The position numbers and the translations under genes are program-made. Below, piece after piece: positions 7,018 through 12,012 of a stretch of 12,012 nucleotides of DNA. Within the stretch, counting starts at the first letter, position 1; each line of letters begins with the position of its first letter. The notes under the pieces are model-generated. The model was not told the DNA's origin and searched no databases. It worked only from the letters and a program-made list of their open reading frames with translations. Origin of the DNA: Pseudomonadota bacterium (GTDB lineage: Bacteria; Bdellovibrionota; FAC87; UBA2466); contig JAYSWN010000079.1 in NCBI GenBank assembly GCA_043718025.1, forward strand, positions 1-12,012, in the 5' to 3' direction.

Positions 7018-7515
7018 ATGAAATACTTCATCTTTACATTCATCTTGCTCGCAACTTTGGCCCAGGGCGAAGACTCGACTCCGGCGGCAAAGTTGTTACC
7101 TGAATTGACCCAGCGCTACTCGCAAAAACGTTGGTCTGAGTTTTTCGGCTTGGCCTGGTACTTGCGCAAGACCTCAACCGATGCCGAACTGGTGAAGAAG
7201 ATCGCAACTTTGGAGTCGATTGCGTTGGTACGCCACTGCCAAACCGATCTCGCCAAGACCATGTTACCCAATTTGAAGAATCAGAAGAGCGAAGTCTTTC
7301 AACGAACGGGCCGTTTCGTTGAAAAATGGGTGGAATTAACCATCGACACGACGCTTAAGAAAAACACCGACGACAGCAATTCTTTTAAGGGTGGCGTTTT
7401 CAAACCGACCGAGCTTCTTCCCTTTGCGCCGAACCCAAATGACCTCTCAAATTTAGAGCCGTTGCGGATTCGACGACCGCTGAAAGACCTGTGCGACGAG
7501 GAGATTGCGCCATGA
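7018..7515 (+). CDS. Hypothetical secreted protein (165 aa), helical and weakly TPR-like
   Basis: Signal peptide MKYFIFTFILLATLAQG, a helical N-half and two Cys. It abuts the upstream stop (TAAATG) and overlaps the downstream start (ATGA). Confidence 0.75.
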   Translation: MKYFIFTFILLATLAQGEDSTPAAKLLPELTQRYSQKRWSEFFGLAWYLRKTSTDAELVKKIATLESIALVRHCQTDLAKTMLPNLKNQKSEVFQRTGRFVEKWVELTIDTTLKKNTDDSNSFKGGVFKPTELLPFAPNPNDLSNLEPLRIRRPLKDLCDEEIAP

Positions 7516-9785
7516 GTAAACTAAGCTTTCTCCTGCTAGCCGTTGTCTTCATCGCCTCGACGCTCAACGCCAATCCCTACGAATCCACTCTCACCGAGGC
7601 CTCACGGGTGATGAAAAAAACTAAAGGGGTTTCGGCTCCGATGATCTCTTCACTTCGCGCCATTATTGTGGCCAAAGACGCTACTCAGTTTCAAAAGTAT
7701 TTCGCCGCACACCTTATTTCATCGAGCGATACCTGCACTTCAAAACAGGTACAATTTTTGTGTCCTGAGGTCGAAACGCTTTTTCAAAACCGTATCGAAG
7801 TTGGAAAACTGCTTGGCAAAAAAGCCGCGTTCGGAGCGGCTCGGGTTCGCGGTGATTTCTATTTCGACAAAGGCAAGTTTGATCCAGCGGTGGAAGCCTA
7901 CGAATTTCTAACTTGGGCACCCGGTGGACAGCACGAGTACGCCATTTTGAAATTGGGCTGGTCGTACCTCAATAAAAAAGAGGCCAAGAAAGCTTTTGTG
8001 CTGTGGACGCTAGATTTAGGCAACACCCTTAAGGGCAGTCAGCCGCCGTCGCGAAATTTGGTGCACGGCTTAGGGCAAAGCTTCTCCGAGAATTTGGAAC
8101 GCTCGAATGATGATGTAAAAGCCATGAACGGCTTAAGTTTTAGCGCCGAAGATCGCGAGGCGCTTGCCGAAGGGCTTCTGGACGGCCTCTACTTCTTGAC
8201 CACCGCTGACATGAAGGCCAAATGGACCGATTCAATCCGCCAGCTTAAGATCTATCCGGTTCTGGTTCGCCACATGTTGGTTGATCGGGTGAACACCTTG
8301 CTCCCTAACTGTGATTACCTAGCTCTCGTAAATGATAAAAATGTGTTTTCGCAGCTGCCTCCTAGTAAAGATCTGCGGCCGGTGCTGAACCAGTGTGTGA
8401 CCCAGGTCAAGAAGACCGGCGACAAAGCCCTGATGGAAACCTTGGTCTCGATCTACGAAAACTCTGACTTGAGTAAAGTTGACCCGTACGTTGCCTTCGT
8501 CTTTTTCGCTGGCGTGGCCAACGACCCCGCCAAAGCTTGTCAGGTTGGCGTCTCGTGGGCTTTCCGCGAATCCGATCGCAAGCAGGTGGCATTGAAGGAG
8601 ACCTCCTCGGTTTGCAAAGCGGCGATCCGAAATGAAAATACGTTGACCAAGATCGTTGCTAAGACTGAGTCGTTGGTTAAGTCAGCCGATAGGGAGATGT
8701 TGGAGAATTCTGAAACTTCAGCCGTCGTTTTACTGGCTTTGATGATGGACGAACCGTTGTTTCATGCGGCCATGATGACTTCAGTGGCCAAGTTGCCCAA
8801 CGATTTTAAGCCCACCTTAGTGCCGACCCTTCTCGCTGAGCAGCTCGCGCGCTTAAAGCAATGGAACGCGGTCACCCAATTGAAGCAGACGTTAAAATTG
8901 GCCCACGAGCCTACTAAAAAAGGCACGATTTGGAGTTCGAGCACCCGTGCTTTGCTAATCGAGAAGATTCAGAAAAGTGAATTTTCGCAGACTCAGGATC
9001 TGATTTCCGAGCTTAATCTTTATGGCGATTTGAGTCAGGAAAATCTTGCCGTTCTATTGGAGTGGTCGCGTGTGTTCTACAACGATCACCAGGCAGAAGT
9101 GAGCGCAATGGTGACGCGGGTATCGCGTGCTTTAACTCTAGTGCCCAGCACCGAGCAATATCAGGTTTTGGTTGAGTTGATGCTGAATCTAAGACACGAC
9201 AAAGAGGTTTCGCGGCTGATTGAGAAGTTTGGCCTCGGTGCAAATTTTCATATGCACCCTGCCTTTGATGCGCAGCTTTTTGACCGGGTCCTTGAGAAAA
9301 GCATCGAAGTGAATCTGATAAAGGTGAAAAGTCCGCAGTACAAGAAATTGATCTTCTTGGCGCAGGCGTTGGCCAAAAGGTCAAAACTTTCGCCCGCCGA
9401 CTTCGACGTTAAAGGAAATTCTCCACTTCATGAAGAATTCGCTCTGGTAAAAAAAGTTTACGCAAAGAGTGACTTGGCCCACCAGGCAAAATTACTCTCT
9501 TTGGATAAGATCAGCCGCTGGGTAGATTTTTTACAAACCGTGAGCGTGGTTTCCAAACGTAAATGGGTCTCCTATCACCTGCTGCAGCAGAGCCTTTCGC
9601 AGTCAAAAGTGACTCTCGAGTTCATCGACGCCAATTTGGCTAAATTGCCGGCCGATAAAGACATTGCGCCGGAAGAGTGGGACAAGATTCTGGCCACCCT
9701 GCATCAGAAGGTTTCGGACGCTAAGGATCTGCTGAACGATCTTTCTGCGAAGGCCAAACAGACGGCCGAGAGGCAAGCACCATGA
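7512..9785 (+). CDS. Large periplasmic TPR/alpha-solenoid protein (757 aa), GltD/AgmU-like position
   Basis: Start re-called at ATG 7512 (RBS GAGGAG at 7498-7503, ATGA overlap). Signal MSKLSFLLLAVVFIASTLNA. TPR pair GDFYFDKGKFDPAVEAYE...EYAILKLGWSYLNKKEAKKAF. The rest appears all-helical. Confidence 0.8.
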   Translation: MSKLSFLLLAVVFIASTLNANPYESTLTEASRVMKKTKGVSAPMISSLRAIIVAKDATQFQKYFAAHLISSSDTCTSKQVQFLCPEVETLFQNRIEVGKLLGKKAAFGAARVRGDFYFDKGKFDPAVEAYEFLTWAPGGQHEYAILKLGWSYLNKKEAKKAFVLWTLDLGNTLKGSQPPSRNLVHGLGQSFSENLERSNDDVKAMNGLSFSAEDREALAEGLLDGLYFLTTADMKAKWTDSIRQLKIYPVLVRHMLVDRVNTLLPNCDYLALVNDKNVFSQLPPSKDLRPVLNQCVTQVKKTGDKALMETLVSIYENSDLSKVDPYVAFVFFAGVANDPAKACQVGVSWAFRESDRKQVALKETSSVCKAAIRNENTLTKIVAKTESLVKSADREMLENSETSAVVLLALMMDEPLFHAAMMTSVAKLPNDFKPTLVPTLLAEQLARLKQWNAVTQLKQTLKLAHEPTKKGTIWSSSTRALLIEKIQKSEFSQTQDLISELNLYGDLSQENLAVLLEWSRVFYNDHQAEVSAMVTRVSRALTLVPSTEQYQVLVELMLNLRHDKEVSRLIEKFGLGANFHMHPAFDAQLFDRVLEKSIEVNLIKVKSPQYKKLIFLAQALAKRSKLSPADFDVKGNSPLHEEFALVKKVYAKSDLAHQAKLLSLDKISRWVDFLQTVSVVSKRKWVSYHLLQQSLSQSKVTLEFIDANLAKLPADKDIAPEEWDKILATLHQKVSDAKDLLNDLSAKAKQTAERQAP

Positions 9786-10033
9786 GAATAGCAATCGCTC
9801 TTTTTCTTCTGTTTCAACTGGCATCGCACGCTGCCGAAGTGATTGACCTGGGTAAGGTCAACGTCGACGGCGCCGCGCGGGGCCCCGAGATTCAGATCAT
9901 CGGTGACGATCCCATCGCCAAAAAAGCATTGCGCAAAGCCATTGTGGATGAAGTTTCCAAGTCAGAAGCCGCGCTGCTCAAAGAGTTGAATGCGTACGGC
10001 AAGGTTACGAGCCGGGGAGTGATAGCGAAATGA
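9782..10033 (+). CDS. Small secreted protein, GltF/CglF-like (83 aa)
   Basis: Signal ending ASHA. VIDLGKVNVDGAARGPEIQII matches the I-D-hydrophobic-x-x-x-x-I/V-E/D-G-x4-P pattern I recall for GltF/CglF. It lies between the TPR gene and the TonB-like gene, as gltF does, with ATGA overlaps on both sides. Confidence 0.65.
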   Translation: MRIAIALFLLFQLASHAAEVIDLGKVNVDGAARGPEIQIIGDDPIAKKALRKAIVDEVSKSEAALLKELNAYGKVTSRGVIAK

Positions 10034-10851
10034 TAGCCTCTCGACTAAATAGCCCGTCGTTCGTCAAAGACGCAAAGTGGTTCGGAGTCTCTTTTGCGAT
10101 TCATCTTTCGCTGTTTGTTTTTCTGATGGTAATCAGCGGCACGCTCACCAAAAATGGTGGGTTCTTTTCGAACGCAAATTCAAAAAAGGTAGATCAGAAG
10201 AAATTAGAAGGGGGCGAGGTCATGGACTTTAGCCCTTACCTCGAAGAGGTACATCTGTTCGACGGCCTTTCCTACACCGACTACCGCAATAATAAACTTC
10301 GCAAAGCCCAAGCTCAGTCGCAGGCTAACTCGGTGTTGAACAAGCTGCGCGGCCTAAAAATCCCTTCGGGCACGTCAGGCGGCGCGGTCGGTGGCCTTGC
10401 GGCGGGAAAAGCGCAAGTGGGCGGTGGTTCACTGTTGGGCACGGGCGAACAGGCGGGCTCCGATTCGGCCCTTTTGGATAACTTGAGAAAACAACCATTC
10501 ACCTTTAAAGCGTCTTTACCGGGCGCCACCTCGGCAGGGGCGGGACGATCCATTTCGGACAAAGAGCGGGCCGAGATACGTAAAAAGTTTAATGAGCTGC
10601 AACAGTCCTTTAGAAAAGTGTACGCCAAAGGGTTGATGATCGATCCGCACCTTGAGGCCACGGTTGGTTTTGAAGCCCAGGTTAAGAATGACGGCTTCTT
10701 ACAAGTGATTCGTTTTCGTACTCGGGGGAAATTTAAGGAAGATTCCATCGAGCTGATGAAACGGGAGATGGAAAAATTGATTGCTCAACTATCAATTTCT
10801 CCCGATCTCGCCGGTACCGTAATTAGGGGCGAGAGCGTTTTCGCGCGTTGA
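10030..10851 (+). CDS. TonB/TolA-like energy transducer with AgmX/PglI-like (GltG/GltJ-type) C-terminal domain
   Basis: Single N-terminal TM with S21-H25-L32-S36, the same +4/+7/+4 spacing as the TonB/TolA SHLS motif. Gly-rich linker. The C-terminal IRKKFNELQQSFRKVYAKGLMIDPHLEATVGFEAQVKNDG resembles the TonB_C-fold AgmX/PglI domain. Directly upstream of ExbB/ExbD homologues. Confidence 0.8.
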   Translation: MIASRLNSPSFVKDAKWFGVSFAIHLSLFVFLMVISGTLTKNGGFFSNANSKKVDQKKLEGGEVMDFSPYLEEVHLFDGLSYTDYRNNKLRKAQAQSQANSVLNKLRGLKIPSGTSGGAVGGLAAGKAQVGGGSLLGTGEQAGSDSALLDNLRKQPFTFKASLPGATSAGAGRSISDKERAEIRKKFNELQQSFRKVYAKGLMIDPHLEATVGFEAQVKNDGFLQVIRFRTRGKFKEDSIELMKREMEKLIAQLSISPDLAGTVIRGESVFAR

Positions 10852-10876
10852 TATTTCTAACTTTTAGGAGATCCAC

Positions 10877-11509
10877 ATGATTCACAAAATGTTTCAAATC
10901 TTTAACTGGGCCGGCGCCGAATGGGTGATGTACTCACTCGTCGTTTTAAGCATCGTGGTGATGTCCATCGTGCTGAAACGATATATGGAACTGGCCCGCA
11001 TCAAGTCGCAGAGCGACCAATTCTGGTTGGCCATGGGCGACAAGTGGTTACAGGGCAAAGAGCTGTCAAAATGGAGTACGCAAGTCTCCGTGGCCACCGC
11101 GAAGTACCCCTCGCTAGAAGCGGAAACTTTAGTGGCCTTGCAGCACGCGGCGAATGAAAAGGCAGACTTAAATTCATTCGCCGAAGCCTACATCGAAAAT
11201 CGACGTATTGGGTTAGAGCGCTCGATTGGCGTATTGGGAACGATTGGGGCTAACGCCGCATTCATCGGTTTATTGGGAACGGTGCTGGGAATCATTCGTG
11301 CCTTCAATGACATTTCGACCAAAGGCTTGAGTGCCGGTGCCGAAACCGTAACTGGCGGTATTGCGGAAGCTCTCGTGGCTACCGCAGTGGGCCTGCTTGT
11401 AGCGATTCCGGCGGTAATATTTTTTAACCTGCTCAACCGTAAGATTCAGGTCGTGGTCCGCAAGGCCTACAACTTGAGCGCGTTGATCCAGTCGGTTGAA
11501 AAGAAGTAA
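10877..11509 (+). CDS. exbB: MotA/TolQ/ExbB proton-channel family protein
   Basis: Three TM segments, with LGTIGANAAFIGLLGTVLGIIRAF (TM2) and GIAEALVATAVGLLVAIPA (TM3) signatures. RBS AGGAG at 10866-10870. The symbol is family-level; tolQ/aglR cannot be excluded. Confidence 0.95.
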   Translation: MIHKMFQIFNWAGAEWVMYSLVVLSIVVMSIVLKRYMELARIKSQSDQFWLAMGDKWLQGKELSKWSTQVSVATAKYPSLEAETLVALQHAANEKADLNSFAEAYIENRRIGLERSIGVLGTIGANAAFIGLLGTVLGIIRAFNDISTKGLSAGAETVTGGIAEALVATAVGLLVAIPAVIFFNLLNRKIQVVVRKAYNLSALIQSVEKK

Positions 11510-11522
11510 GGGGAACCAACTT

Positions 11523-11945
11523 ATGGCAGGCAGTAATAAAAACGAAAGTTCAAACAGTGGATTTGCCGAGATCAACATTACCCCTTTTGTGGACGTGATG
11601 TTGGTGCTGCTAATCACCGTGATGATTTCGACCCCGGCCTTGGTCTACAAGGGGATGAGAATCTCTCTTCCCAAGGTAAAGCAGGCCGAGGACGTCACCC
11701 ACATTACGTTGAGTTTCAATCTCGATAAAACGGGTAAGCTCACTCTTGACGACAAAACGGTTACGATTGACGAAGTCACCAAAATCTACGAAGAGCTTGG
11801 CGAAAATAAATCGGCCAGCGACGCTATTTTGCTTGCTGATCGTGACGTGCCGCACGGCATGGTGATTGAGCTGGCGGATCGTTTACGCACGCTTGGTATT
11901 CAACAAATTGGGTTTGGCGTGCATAAGGTTGGCGTGTCTAAGTAA
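11523..11945 (+). CDS. exbD: ExbD/TolR biopolymer transport protein
   Basis: Start re-called at ATG 11523. EINITPFVDVMLVLL contains the essential TM Asp (D24), followed by SLPK and LLADRDVPHGMV...LG in the periplasmic domain. The symbol is family-level. Confidence 0.95.
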   Translation: MAGSNKNESSNSGFAEINITPFVDVMLVLLITVMISTPALVYKGMRISLPKVKQAEDVTHITLSFNLDKTGKLTLDDKTVTIDEVTKIYEELGENKSASDAILLADRDVPHGMVIELADRLRTLGIQQIGFGVHKVGVSK

Positions 11946-12012
11946 GTGGCTTCGGAGCGAGGTCACGATGCCGGTGGCTCTTCACCTTGGTAACGCCGGC
12001 CTCGCTTGCGAT

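Noticed and set aside
10030..11945. Canonical tolQRA-tolB-pal or receptor-linked tonB-exbBD locus
   Set aside because: No tolB, pal or TonB-dependent receptor in the window, the transducer precedes the motor genes, and its C-terminal domain and neighbours are Glt-like.
11938..12012. Start of a further plus-strand gene (ATG 11968) or end of a convergent minus-strand gene (TAG at 11940-11938)
   Set aside because: Too little sequence to decide. MPVALHLGNAGLACD does not look like a second ExbD/TolR start, but the operon end cannot be fixed from this window.

Overview
Bacterial DNA of about 50% GC. The gene content (many Cys-rich lipoproteins, Agl/Glt-like envelope genes, sigma-54-like promoters) suggests Bdellovibrionota/Myxococcota-type deltaproteobacteria, but this is an inference. 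Left part: a POT/PTR-family oligopeptide transporter (395-1801, +) ends at a strong intrinsic terminator. It faces a minus-strand pair (a HExxH metallopeptidase-like lipoprotein and a translationally coupled small exported protein) and a small minus-strand exported protein. Both minus-strand units carry a sigma-54-like TTGG-N8-TTGCAC element and a shared TGTC-N7-TGGACAGTGG box. Right part: a tightly packed nine-gene plus-strand operon (4189-11945). It encodes two unknown lipoproteins (one with a long 11-residue-periodic amphipathic coil), a small outer-membrane beta-barrel resembling GltA/GltB, a small secreted helical protein, a large TPR protein, a GltF/CglF-like miniprotein, a TonB/TolA-like transducer with an intact SHLS motif and an AgmX/PglI-like C-terminal domain, and an ExbB/TolQ plus ExbD/TolR motor pair. 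This looks like a stripped-down, divergent Agl-Glt-type proton-motive-force-driven trans-envelope machine with no TonB-dependent receptor in the window, co-encoded with candidate lipoprotein cargo. Family assignments come from motif recognition by eye; no database searches were run.
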